From positions 64,001 through 128,000 of the forward strand of contig CBDHDG010000005.1 of assembly GCA_965261595.1 (NCBI GenBank): a stretch of 64,000 nt of DNA, in the 5' to 3' direction. The stretch comes from a bacterium. GTDB taxonomy: Bacteria > UBA8248 > JACPRG01 > G963555815. Below are positions 31,009 to 40,786 of this stretch, in pieces. The translations under genes and the position numbers were made by a program. The first letter of the stretch is position 1. Each line of letters opens with the position of its first letter. The notes under the pieces are model-generated. The model made no database searches. It was not told the origin of the DNA and was given only the letters and a program-made list of their open reading frames with translations.

Positions 31009-33414
31009 GTGTTTTTCAGATAACTCTTTTGATTTCGAATTTACTGACTCCATAATTGATTCAACAATTTCACGCATTTCCTCCGCCTGATCAGAAAGTA
31101 TGCTGGTATCCTCCGCCACGAGGACATCCGTTGCTATTCTGAATGGTTCGAACACTTCTTTGTCGTCCTTCCATCTCCAGCCTTTATCGTTGATTTTTCG
31201 GAAAAGTTCTTCGATGTCTTCAAATCTCTTGTGGCACAATAGGTTGAAAAGCATATTTCTTAGTAAAGCATAATGCACATCTTCGGAAAGGTTCTCGAAC
31301 AATTCCCAAATTAATTGATGGGAGTTCAGATTTAATTCAAAAGAGATCGCCCTGTCTGCCGGTGAAAGTACATAGGCGACTGCCACGCCTACAGTGTTGA
31401 TAGCCTCTTTGAAATTTCCCTCTTCTCCTTTCGGGGTATTTCCCATTAGCCCATTTTCGAGATATTCTAAAAATAGAGACAGTTGATTACTTTCAAGCTT
31501 ACCTCCGGCCGCGATGACGGTAGCTAGATAAAGGTTCGGCATGGAATAGTCCGGTGCTAACATCATGGCATTTTCAAAAGCTTTTTTTGCGGCAATGATA
31601 TTCGAGGTTTTTATGTAGCAGGCACCAAGAAAAATCCAGCTATGAACAAATTCTTGGTCAATTTCCGTTGATCTGATAAAAGCTTGAGTCGCGTCTTCAT
31701 ATTTGCCTAGGCCAAAGGAAGAAGCACCCAGTACAAAGTCTAGTCCAAAGTGAGTTCTTTTCTTTTCTGGACGGAGCTTGGAGGCCAAAAGATACGCCTC
31801 GTGCGCCTTCTCAAAATCCTGGTTAAGCAAATGGATGTTGCCGCGTAGGAAAAAGATATTTCCCCTCTCTATATCTGTCAGTTCCCTGAGTGTCATCAAC
31901 TCCTCGGAGACCCTCCAGACTGTATCAAGTTGATGCAGGTCCCAGGCGGAATGCATTAACCATGATAAGGCAAGTTCGTAAAGTCTTGGATCATAATCCG
32001 AAGTTTCATGATCTCTGGAATTGGTCAGATCTTGAAAGAAAACGATTATATCAGAATGAGTAGGAGCTATTGCACCTTCCCTGGAAAAGACTTGAATACG
32101 AGCCAAAATAATCTGAACCGCTTCTGATTGGGAAGAAACTTTTTGCAGATAGCTGCAATACTCGTCTAGATTATTAATGGAGGTCTTATCGTCAAGATTG
32201 ATGGCATCATGCAAGCGTTTGACGATAGATTCAACTTCCCTGCTTATGCTAGCAGAGGTTAACCATATCTTGAGAAACGTCAAAAAGAACGGGATTCGTC
32301 TGTTATCCGTTGTGATACGCATTTCTCTCCAGATGCGGAAAATGCGCTCTGTAATTTCCCAGGAAGAACGTTTCCGAGGGGGTGACTTGATTTGTCGGAC
32401 ATAACCCAATTCGCGAAGGCGGCCCAATTGGGTTGTCACTTGGCGCACTCCGATTCCGGATTTTCGGGCTAGGGCGGTTGGTGAAGTAGGGCCATTCATC
32501 ATGGCCATCGTATCAATTAGCTTTCGTTGTTGAGAGGCCAGGCGATTCATCCTGTCCTGATAGAATGGTGTCAGCTCATCGAGAAGCTCTTGAAGCGCCT
32601 CTTTCGCCTCAATGAATTCCGACTCGGCAAAGATTCGGTAGACCATCAGGATCAGCCTGGGAATCCCGCCGGTTAGTTGGGTGGTGGCAAGGATCCTCGG
32701 GCGCAGGTCATCGAATTGGTCCAGGAGGTCCTGTCGGCCGTCAAGCTCCGCCCTTTTTCGGATCAGTGTCTCTACTTCATCGGAGTCGAGCTCTTCAAGG
32801 ATTTCGATGTCAAAGAATTCATAGAATGACTGACCGTGGTTGATGATTTGCTCAAATACGGACGGCGCGCCGCCGATGAGAAGGATCGTTCCATCCGTCA
32901 TGAGGACATCGCGCAGTCTGGCCGTGTCTATCTCACCAAGCTGGTCCAGAATCCGGTCGAAGTTATCGATGAGCAAAAGGATCTGCCGGCCGGAGTCTCT
33001 TAATTTGTGCAGATAGCTCAAGGCTCTGTCGGTCAGAGCATCGGCGCTCATGGAACCCGCTTCATCGAGGATGGCTTTCGCCTCGGAATCTCCTGTGTCC
33101 TTGGATATTTCTTCTACGATGCGTAACAGGAAATCGCCGATACTTGAAATCGAGTATTCCTCTTCATTGAACCGGACGGGTATCCATTTTTGGCTGAGTC
33201 CAGGGTCTTCTTTGACCGCGTAATAGAGGAGCAACAAGAGGTGGGTTTTGCCGATTCCGCGTTGGCCGATGAGGATGTAGTTCGTAAAGGTCTTCTTGCC
33301 GGAGGATTCCTTGATCTTTTTCAGAAGGTCTTCCAGCAGGGCCTCCCGGCCGACGAGCATTTGCCGAAGCTCTTCTTTGTCGATGAGCGTGGGATTGTAG
33401 ACCAACTGCGCCAT
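31006..33414 (-). CDS. STAND-like ATPase-wHTH-TPR protein (802 aa)
   Basis: Walker A GQRGIGKT, Walker B LLLIDNFD, TGGIPRL, wHTH (TQLGRLRELGYV), TPR-like helices. Confidence 0.85.
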   Translation of the reverse strand: MAQLVYNPTLIDKEELRQMLVGREALLEDLLKKIKESSGKKTFTNYILIGQRGIGKTHLLLLLYYAVKEDPGLSQKWIPVRFNEEEYSISSIGDFLLRIVEEISKDTGDSEAKAILDEAGSMSADALTDRALSYLHKLRDSGRQILLLIDNFDRILDQLGEIDTARLRDVLMTDGTILLIGGAPSVFEQIINHGQSFYEFFDIEILEELDSDEVETLIRKRAELDGRQDLLDQFDDLRPRILATTQLTGGIPRLILMVYRIFAESEFIEAKEALQELLDELTPFYQDRMNRLASQQRKLIDTMAMMNGPTSPTALARKSGIGVRQVTTQLGRLRELGYVRQIKSPPRKRSSWEITERIFRIWREMRITTDNRRIPFFLTFLKIWLTSASISREVESIVKRLHDAINLDDKTSINNLDEYCSYLQKVSSQSEAVQIILARIQVFSREGAIAPTHSDIIVFFQDLTNSRDHETSDYDPRLYELALSWLMHSAWDLHQLDTVWRVSEELMTLRELTDIERGNIFFLRGNIHLLNQDFEKAHEAYLLASKLRPEKKRTHFGLDFVLGASSFGLGKYEDATQAFIRSTEIDQEFVHSWIFLGACYIKTSNIIAAKKAFENAMMLAPDYSMPNLYLATVIAAGGKLESNQLSLFLEYLENGLMGNTPKGEEGNFKEAINTVGVAVAYVLSPADRAISFELNLNSHQLIWELFENLSEDVHYALLRNMLFNLLCHKRFEDIEELFRKINDKGWRWKDDKEVFEPFRIATDVLVAEDTSILSDQAEEMREIVESIMESVNSKSKELSEKH

Positions 33415-33423
33415 GCGCTTTCC

Positions 33424-34626
33424 TCAGTCCAGGAGGCCGTAGTGCCGGAGCCACCAGTCCCTCAAGACCTTCGAGGCCATCGTGTATTTCTTTTGCGTTT
33501 CGTCGAAGCGAATGTAGAAATCCTTCTCCATCTCCGTCAGGAGGAGGCTGAAAGCCTCCGGGTTCATGGGGTGGCCGATGGCCTTCGTGCAGTGCGCCTG
33601 GAGAATGTCCCGCGGGATGAATTCCACCGGTGCGAGGGCCTTGATGATGGCCTGCGCGGCCTTTCGTGTCGGACCATCGTAATATCTCTTCAGCCGCTGG
33701 AAGAAATAATCGAAATGGTTCCGGCTGTGCGGCCCTAGAACGCGCTCCCGGTATGCCCGCTCAATGGATTCTGTCGTGACTTGAATCCCTTCGAGCCTTT
33801 TCGATTTGGCCAGCTGGTTGAGGAGGAGGACGAGGAACATCGGCACGGCCTCGCCAATCGTGTCCAGTATCGCGGCGATGTTCTCGGAGGTCAGGGCCAG
33901 CCCCTCGGTCGCTGAGATGATTTCACAGAACGCCTCGGCGGTCTCCCGCGAGAAGGGATCGATCGGAATGGTCTCGACGTCGTTCAAGGTGTGGGTCGCC
34001 GAGAGGCGGACGAGCAGACGATCCATGCCGATGGAGCCGCCCAGAAGAAACCGGTTCCGGCCCAGGATGTCCGGGTTTTGCCGCAGGCTGCGAAACCAGT
34101 CCAGAAGGAGACCGGCTTCTTTTTCATCCCTTTCCGCGACTCGCTGGATCATCCAGGGAAATTCGTCGAGGATGACGAGATGGCGGACGGATTCTTCTCG
34201 TAAGCCTCTGACAAGGTGTTGACCCAACTCGAACCAGTCTCTTTCCAGGGGTTCACGGATCTTTGTCTTGAATTCCCAGATTTCAATCTCGTCGATCTCT
34301 TCTTTGAAATCCGCCCAAATTTTCGTAACGGTTTCCTTGAACTTGCCGAGGGGAAGAAGCGCCGCCGTAAGCTCGGTGAGCAGTTTCGCGGGGGTGTCGA
34401 TGGCCTCGACATCCAGGAACACGGGCGTCCATCCCTCTCGGGGCCGGTCCCTGAGGGCCATCATCACGCTGGTTTTCCTGAATCTCCTGGGAGCGGTCAG
34501 AAAAACGTGGTTTCTTTCCAGCCGCTCCCAGATCAGGTCGATCACCTCATCCCGGCCGAACAGGTCCGAGTCCGTCGCGGGACTTCCGACGATGAGCCTG
34601 GGCTTTCCTTTTGCGCTATTCGACAT
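33424..34626 (-). CDS. AAA/STAND-like ATPase (400 aa)
   Basis: FGRDE, Walker A variant APRRFRKTS, VILDEFP, LGGSIG, C-terminal LRDWW. Confidence 0.85.
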   Translation of the reverse strand: MSNSAKGKPRLIVGSPATDSDLFGRDEVIDLIWERLERNHVFLTAPRRFRKTSVMMALRDRPREGWTPVFLDVEAIDTPAKLLTELTAALLPLGKFKETVTKIWADFKEEIDEIEIWEFKTKIREPLERDWFELGQHLVRGLREESVRHLVILDEFPWMIQRVAERDEKEAGLLLDWFRSLRQNPDILGRNRFLLGGSIGMDRLLVRLSATHTLNDVETIPIDPFSRETAEAFCEIISATEGLALTSENIAAILDTIGEAVPMFLVLLLNQLAKSKRLEGIQVTTESIERAYRERVLGPHSRNHFDYFFQRLKRYYDGPTRKAAQAIIKALAPVEFIPRDILQAHCTKAIGHPMNPEAFSLLLTEMEKDFYIRFDETQKKYTMASKVLRDWWLRHYGLLD

Positions 34627-34659
34627 ATCCCATCACCTGTCGACATATCCCATCACCTG
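34620..34659. repeat. Exact 20-bp tandem duplication covering RBS and start codon
   Basis: TCGACATATCCCATCACCTG x2. Confidence 0.9.
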
Positions 34660-34666
34660 GATATCA

Positions 34667-34744
34667 CAACAAAACTGATGTACATCAAATCTGTTGTACA
34701 ACATATTTGTTGACTACATATGCAACAATTTTGTTATATGTCAA
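34667..34744 (-). promoter_or_regulatory. Promoter with array of palindromic operators
   Basis: CAWCA-N4-TGWTR units at 34667, 34683, 34699, 34723; TTGACA at 34739-34744. Confidence 0.6.
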
Positions 34745-34908
34745 GAGGGAGGCGTGATTTGTGATGTAATCGTATATCTTACAATGAGTTGTATTTGATT
34801 CAGATCAAGCAGCCGGCCTGCGGGAAACCGGGTCGAGGCGCAATGGCGCGAGGACTTCTCCCATATCGAGAGGTCTTTCAGCAGCATTTTGGCCGATATT
34901 AAGGTTTT

Positions 34909-35354
34909 TCATCCCCCGGCCTTCGCCGCCAGGGATTCGTAGCTCACGCCGTCTCCGTTGTCCGCGCTTACCGGAAGGCCGAGCTCCGCCCAGCCCTGGG
35001 CGATGGTTTGGCCGGACTCGTCTTTCATCCCGCCGAATCCCCCCCGGATGTTGGCCACGTTCCGATAGCCCGCCTGGACGAGGATCTCCGCGGCCTTCTG
35101 GGAGCGCATCCCCACCTGACAGCCCATCACCAGTCTGGCGTCCTTGGGGAAGTGGGCTTCGACCACCTTGAAGAAATCGGGGTTCTCAACCATCCCCCCC
35201 GCTCGGCGTCGAAGTGCAGGACGGGGATGTTGACCGCCCCCTCGGGATGTCCCTGGGTGAACTCCGGGACCGACCGGACGTCGATGTAGCGCTCCTTCTC
35301 CTCGCCGTGCATCCGGCCGTGTGCGTCTTCGGGCGTGATCTGCGGAATGTCCAT
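34909..35354 (-). pseudogene. Rhodanese-like protein, frameshifted in a G7 tract
   Basis: YIDVRSVPEF..GHPEGAVNIP, then frame change near 35195 to GCQVGMRS...GGFGG. Confidence 0.8.
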
Positions 35355-35545
35355 GGCGAACCTCCCCGTTGATGGTGTGTCTCGTCAATGGGTTGAACTA
35401 TCGAGGCCGGCCTTGTCCCTTCCTGCCGGTCGGTCGGTGGAAAGCCGGGCGTCGTTCCCATCCTCGTTTCTATTCTACCGGCTAAATCCCCAACGGGTAA
35501 GCGGGGGAGGGGGGAGGGGGCGAGCGGAGGTCCGATATACCGCTG

Positions 35546-37090
35546 TCACTGAGTCCGGCGCTTCCGCTTGTGTCCGAGCGCCACGAGGAACATCACGCTT
35601 TTTCCCCGAGCGTGGGGCGAGAAGAACCCGGTCACGTCATCGTCGAAGAAGGTCAGCCCCGTCGCCCCGAGCCTTTGCGCGTAGGCGGCCAGATAGAGCT
35701 TTCCGCCGAGGATTCCCGCTTCGAGCTGGGCCGCCCGGTAGCCCCGGTTCCCGAAGCGCTCCAGAATCGGCTCCAGGTCCAGCAGGAAATATACGTTCAA
35801 GGCGGCGTCCGCGGGCAGCGATTGGCCCAGGTCGAGGTGTCCGGCCCGGTTCCTGAAATCCCCCGCTTCCAGGAGCTCGAGGATCTTTTCCTTCGGGTGA
35901 TACACGTATTTGCCCGGGGGGATTCCCTCCACGGCGTGGACGATGAGGTAGACATCATTCAAAAGGACGCCGGGCGGGTCCAGAAAGTCCGCGGGAAAGC
36001 CGGTGATCGCCCGGTCCAGCGCGGTCGAGAGCTGCTCGAAGGAGATCGGCTCGCGGGCGAATGCCCTGGCGGACCCCCGCCGGATGATGACGTCGCCAAG
36101 GCGGTCGTCCACATCCCCGAGGCGCCGCGCGGGTTCCAGGGGAAATGTCTTTCCCGCGGCCGGCGGAGGCGCCGGCGCCGGCGCCTTTCCGCGCCATGCG
36201 ACGGCCTCGGCGGCCGAGGCCAGCGAGGAGGCCGCATGAATCTCGCCCATGGCCGGATAGTCGACCCGCCGCCCAGAGAGCGGGAGGGTTTCCAGATTCC
36301 GGGGGCGGATCTCAGGCGGCTCCGGGAGGGGTTCGGCCGGCGGACTTTCCGCCCCGCCGAGCGGGATCAGGGAGAGGGCCGCCTCTCGTCCCTCCTCCAG
36401 ATCGAGAAGACGGTTCACCTCATCGTCCACGAAGCCGCAGACCACCTTGGCGGGAACGCCGTAGCCGGCGGCCGCGGCCAGGAGATTCGCGAGGATGGTT
36501 CCGTTGTCCCACCCGCAGTGCCGGTAGGCCCGGGCGCGATATTTCCAGGCGTTTCGCCAATAGGTCGAAGCGGAGACCAGGATCGCGGGCGAATGTCCCA
36601 CGGACGGCTCCTCCCCGCTGGCGCGGACCAGACAGGAGCGGTGGTCGCCGGATCGGAGCCTGCCGAGCGCGAAATCCTGCGGACTGAAATGGTAGACCCC
36701 CGCATCGAGACCGGGCAGATCGCCGCAGACCAGATAGAGATCGATGTGATAAAGCGCCCCGGTGCAGGCGGCGGCCCGGAAGTACTGCTCGCCTCCCGGG
36801 TAACTGCGTTTCTTGGTGATCCCGGCCGAAAGCAGGAGAAGCCGTCCCAAGGTTTTCAGGTCGGGGTTTGCGGTCGGTCCGGTCCCGGCGTGGGAGAGGG
36901 CCGACAGGGCGCCCATTTCGGAAGGTGGGAGATCCGTCGGAAAAGGGATGGGGTCCAGCCCCGGATACACCTTGAAAGGCAGCGGATGGTTTTCCCAGTC
37001 GAGGGGATGGGGGTCCGCCCGGATGCTCTGTACGGAGTGTTTGGTCCCCTCGTGATAATTTCGAGCGATTTGCGGATCCCGATTGTTCAT
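35546..37090 (-). CDS. SagB/ThcOx-type FMN oxidase (tandem nitroreductase domains)
   Basis: RAAACTGALY, WKYRARAYR, RRGSARAF, LGATGLTFFDD. Confidence 0.88.
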   Translation of the reverse strand: MNNRDPQIARNYHEGTKHSVQSIRADPHPLDWENHPLPFKVYPGLDPIPFPTDLPPSEMGALSALSHAGTGPTANPDLKTLGRLLLLSAGITKKRSYPGGEQYFRAAACTGALYHIDLYLVCGDLPGLDAGVYHFSPQDFALGRLRSGDHRSCLVRASGEEPSVGHSPAILVSASTYWRNAWKYRARAYRHCGWDNGTILANLLAAAAGYGVPAKVVCGFVDDEVNRLLDLEEGREAALSLIPLGGAESPPAEPLPEPPEIRPRNLETLPLSGRRVDYPAMGEIHAASSLASAAEAVAWRGKAPAPAPPPAAGKTFPLEPARRLGDVDDRLGDVIIRRGSARAFAREPISFEQLSTALDRAITGFPADFLDPPGVLLNDVYLIVHAVEGIPPGKYVYHPKEKILELLEAGDFRNRAGHLDLGQSLPADAALNVYFLLDLEPILERFGNRGYRAAQLEAGILGGKLYLAAYAQRLGATGLTFFDDDVTGFFSPHARGKSVMFLVALGHKRKRRTQ

Positions 37091-37183
37091 GGGTTCTCCC
37101 GTGACGGCCCTCCCCATCCGGGCGCGCCGGCAAGGGCTGGTCCTGTAGAGCCGGCCCGAATCCCCCCCCCTGCGGATTTTATT

Positions 37184-37492
37184 TCAGACTTCGATCAAGA
37201 TGTCGTCGCCCTCCAGGCGGACCGGGTAGCACGAGACGCCGGACGGGGCGGGGGCGCTGAGGGCATCGCCGCTCTCGATGTTGAACCGGGCCCCGTGCCA
37301 GGGACAAGTCACTTCGTTTCCTTCCACCTCGCCTTCAGACAGCGGTCCTCCCTTATGCGTACACGAATCGTCGATGGCGCAGTAGCCTTTTTCCGTGCGG
37401 ATCAGGGCAATGCGCTTGCCCCCCGCTTCCACAAGCTTACATGAGTCCTCCGAGAGATCACCGACCTTGGCGACTTTGGCAAATTCACCCAT
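37184..37492 (-). CDS. Rieske [2Fe-2S] ferredoxin
   Basis: CTH...CPWHGARF. Confidence 0.92.
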   Translation of the reverse strand: MGEFAKVAKVGDLSEDSCKLVEAGGKRIALIRTEKGYCAIDDSCTHKGGPLSEGEVEGNEVTCPWHGARFNIESGDALSAPAPSGVSCYPVRLEGDDILIEV

Positions 37493-37753
37493 GTTTGGTC
37501 TCCTTGCTGATCCGTCCGGCCCGTCGGATTCCGGGACCGGGTATGTTGGCTCCTTTCTCTTCCGCGCCGCCGACGGATTCTCCCCGCCGTCGCCTCAGTG
37601 GGGTGGGAGACCCCTCCAAAGACGGGAGCCGCCTTGTGGTCCGGAAGAGACGCTTGATCCATTATACCCGGATTTCTCACCAACCAAAGGACGCAAGGGG
37701 TGGCGGGGGGTCGATGTCCAATAGCGGGTCCACCCGTTCCCGAGAGCGGCCAC

Positions 37754-38521
37754 TTATTGGGCTTTCCCGCCCCCCAGCAGCCTTCCGAAGCCCTCGACCG
37801 GCCCGCTGCGACCCAGGGCGTTCAGCGCCTTGTAGAGGATGGGGTTGAACTGCGTGAGGACGGGGACGGCTAATTCCGCCTCCAGCTTTTCGATCGTGTC
37901 CGAGGCCCCGTGCCAGAGGGGGCAGGAAAGGTAGATGGCCTCCGCGCCGGGCGCCGCCAGGAAGACCTCTTTTCCCTTCTCGTAGGGGGTGTCCTCCCGG
38001 AGGGCGTGGATTTCCCCGTGGCTGTTGGTGTGGTACCCGGAGATGGCTGTGACCTCCAGGCCCGCCGCCTCCAGGTAGCCCCGAATATGCTCGTTCTGGT
38101 CGTCCCGGTGAGGGGTCCCCACTGCGACCTTCTTGACCCCCATGTCCTCGAGGGTCTCTGTCACGGCCGTCATGGCGGTCGTTGCGGATTTTCCGGTGGC
38201 CTCTTCGATCGACCTTTCCAGCTCCTTTGTCCAGCGGGGACCCATCGCCGCCTGGATCAGGTCGCCCGTGACGGCGAAGAAATCGGGCGACTGGTATCGC
38301 TGGAGCTGGAGGACATCCGCGATCACGCTGTCCCGCTGCCCCTTGAAGTCTTCCACGTCGAACTGTCCGGGGTGGAGCATCTTCAGCGCCCACGATGTGG
38401 TGTAGATGATCAGGTTGATGTCCGCGGGGACCATCCGGAAGAAATCCTGATAGGTTTTGTCCACGGTGCCCGGCGTCACCCAGCCGATGGTCGCCTTCCA
38501 ATCGTCGGTCCAGCCTCTCAT
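37754..38521 (-). CDS. Maleate isomerase/arylmalonate decarboxylase (Asp/Glu racemase) family protein
   Basis: KKVAVGTPH, YLEAAGLEV, AIYLSC, LEAELAVPVLT. Confidence 0.8.
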   Translation of the reverse strand: MRGWTDDWKATIGWVTPGTVDKTYQDFFRMVPADINLIIYTTSWALKMLHPGQFDVEDFKGQRDSVIADVLQLQRYQSPDFFAVTGDLIQAAMGPRWTKELERSIEEATGKSATTAMTAVTETLEDMGVKKVAVGTPHRDDQNEHIRGYLEAAGLEVTAISGYHTNSHGEIHALREDTPYEKGKEVFLAAPGAEAIYLSCPLWHGASDTIEKLEAELAVPVLTQFNPILYKALNALGRSGPVEGFGRLLGGGKAQ

Positions 38522-38589
38522 GGCTTCTCTCCTTCTCTGGGATCTTCAAGGTGTTGGATGGGTTAAGCGTCACTTCCCCCCAACATACC

Positions 38590-38720
38590 GGAGAGAAATG
38601 CGTTCATGACTTCTCCCTGCTCTGCAACGCCGTCAGCATAATGACCGGAATGTCTTTGAGGGTCTCGTCCGTCCGGATTCTTTTCAGCATATTCAGGCCG
38701 TTCATGACCACATTCGCCAA
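38590..38720 (-). pseudogene. Response-regulator receiver-domain fragment
   Basis: MNGLNMLKRIRTDETLKDIPVIMLTA. Confidence 0.6.
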
Positions 38721-38776
38721 TCCGCCGGGATCACGTCCACGGTTGTCCTGTCAAGGTTTGTCACCGACATCCCCCG

Positions 38777-40684
38777 TCAACCTTCTCCCTCGACGGCGCC
38801 GACGAGCTCTGCGGGAGATGAGACCCGCTGCCACAAATAGAGCCCGACGAGGATGAGGATGCCCACCCCATCCGTCCAGAGGGAGCCGTTGAGAAGCGCC
38901 AGGGCCCCCAGGAGCAGAAGCCCCCGCTGCACAAGTGTCGCCGGGCGGACATAGAAGCCGGCCGTGAACGCGGCGAGACAGACAACCCCCAGCACGGCCG
39001 TCAGGACGGACCAGAAAATTCCGCCGGCGCTCCCCGCCAGAAGCAGGGAATTGTTGTACACGAAAAAGTAGGGTATGAGAAAACCGGCGAGCGAATATCG
39101 GAAGGCCAACCAGCCCGTCTTCCAGGGATCGCTCCCGGCGATGGGGGCCGCGGCGTAGGCGGCCAGGGCCACCGGCGGCGTCACGTTGCAGACAATCGCG
39201 AAGAAGAAGACGAACATGTGCGTGGCCATCGGACTGACGCCCATTTCCTCAAGGGCCGGCGCGCCCAGGGTGGCGACGATGATGTAAGCCCCCACGGTGG
39301 GCATCCCCATCCCGAGGATCAGGGAGGCGATCATCGTGAAGAACAGCGCCGCCAGGAGGTTCCCGCCGGAAAGGAGCTGAATGAGGTCGTTGAGCCGAAG
39401 GCCCAGGCCGGAGATCACGATGAACGAGACGAGGATTCCCGCGGCAGCCCCCGTAACGCCGACGGAGACGACCCCGCGGCCCGCGCGATCCAGGGCGTGG
39501 AGGAATTTCCTCGGCGTGATCCGGCTCTCCCGGCGAAAGACCGTCACCACCAGGACGACGAGGATCGCCCAGAACCCCGCCATGAGCGCGGTGTATCCCC
39601 GGACCAGGAAAAACACGATCGCGGCGACCGGGAGAAAGAGAAACCAGCCCTCCTTCAATACCGCACCAACCCGGGGCAATTCGGATTTCGGAAGTCCCTT
39701 GAGGCCCAGGCGCAGGCAGAGGAAGTGGACCACCATCCCCACCGAGAGGAAGTACAGGAGCGCCGGAATGATGGCGGCCTTCATCACCTCCAGGTACGGC
39801 ACACCCAAAATGGCCGCGATGACGAAGGCGGACGCTCCCATGATGGGCGGCATGATTTGCCCCCCGGTCGAGGCCGCGGCCTCAACGCCCCCGGCCATCT
39901 CCCCGCGGTACCCCATCCGCTTCATCATCGGGATGGTGAACGAGCCGGTCGTGACCACGTTGGCCGCGGAGCTTCCCGAAAGGGAGCCGATGAAGCCGCT
40001 CGACACCACCGCCACCTTGGCGGGGCCGCCCGAGAAGTGTCCCGCAATCGCGTTGGACAGGTTGATGAAGAAGTTGACCGCACCCGTCTCTTGGAGGAAA
40101 GAGGAGAAGATGACGAAGATGATGATGAAGGTCGAGAACACACCGAGGATGAGACCGTACAGGCCGTCCGTCGCCATGAAATTCAGCGTGATGATCTCCT
40201 CCACCGAGTAGCCGCCGTGGGCGATGGCCGTGGGAAAGTACCGGCCGAACATGGAGTACAAGAAGAAGAACAGGGTGAGGATCACCATGGCCCATCCCAC
40301 GGCCCTGCGCGTGGCCTCCAGCACCAAAACCAAGACCGCCCCACCCAGCCACAGGTCCAAATTCGTCGCCGCGCCCGCCCGGATCAGGATGTCGTCGCTG
40401 TTCGCAGCGCTGTAATACCCGATGACGACGACCAGAGCCAGGCAGAGGAGGTCCACCCCCAGGAACAAGCGGTTGTCCGGGGCTCTTTTGCTGAGGGGTT
40501 GAGTCAAAAAGACCAGCAGCAGGATGAACGAAACGTCCAGGGAACGCTGAAAATAGGACTCGAACACGCCGAAGTACGCCGTGTAGAGGTGAAAAACCAT
40601 GAAGACGACAGCCACCACCGTGGCCGTTCGGTTCCACCAGGACGCACCCGCCTTCCCCAGAGGTTTCGACGCCTTGTCCGCCAA
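38777..40684 (-). CDS. TRAP transporter fused permease (4TM/12TM)
   Basis: GGPAKVAVV, ASTGGQIMPPIMG, VTPPVALAAY. Confidence 0.93.
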   Translation of the reverse strand: MADKASKPLGKAGASWWNRTATVVAVVFMVFHLYTAYFGVFESYFQRSLDVSFILLLVFLTQPLSKRAPDNRLFLGVDLLCLALVVVIGYYSAANSDDILIRAGAATNLDLWLGGAVLVLVLEATRRAVGWAMVILTLFFFLYSMFGRYFPTAIAHGGYSVEEIITLNFMATDGLYGLILGVFSTFIIIFVIFSSFLQETGAVNFFINLSNAIAGHFSGGPAKVAVVSSGFIGSLSGSSAANVVTTGSFTIPMMKRMGYRGEMAGGVEAAASTGGQIMPPIMGASAFVIAAILGVPYLEVMKAAIIPALLYFLSVGMVVHFLCLRLGLKGLPKSELPRVGAVLKEGWFLFLPVAAIVFFLVRGYTALMAGFWAILVVLVVTVFRRESRITPRKFLHALDRAGRGVVSVGVTGAAAGILVSFIVISGLGLRLNDLIQLLSGGNLLAALFFTMIASLILGMGMPTVGAYIIVATLGAPALEEMGVSPMATHMFVFFFAIVCNVTPPVALAAYAAAPIAGSDPWKTGWLAFRYSLAGFLIPYFFVYNNSLLLAGSAGGIFWSVLTAVLGVVCLAAFTAGFYVRPATLVQRGLLLLGALALLNGSLWTDGVGILILVGLYLWQRVSSPAELVGAVEGEG

Positions 40685-40786
40685 GATCCACCTCCCGAGG
40701 AAAAGCGGCTCTCCGTTTCCGTTTCGCGAGCGCCGGGGGGATTCCCTCCCCCCGGCTCCTCGGAATCCAGGTCCGGGTGTCTTGCC

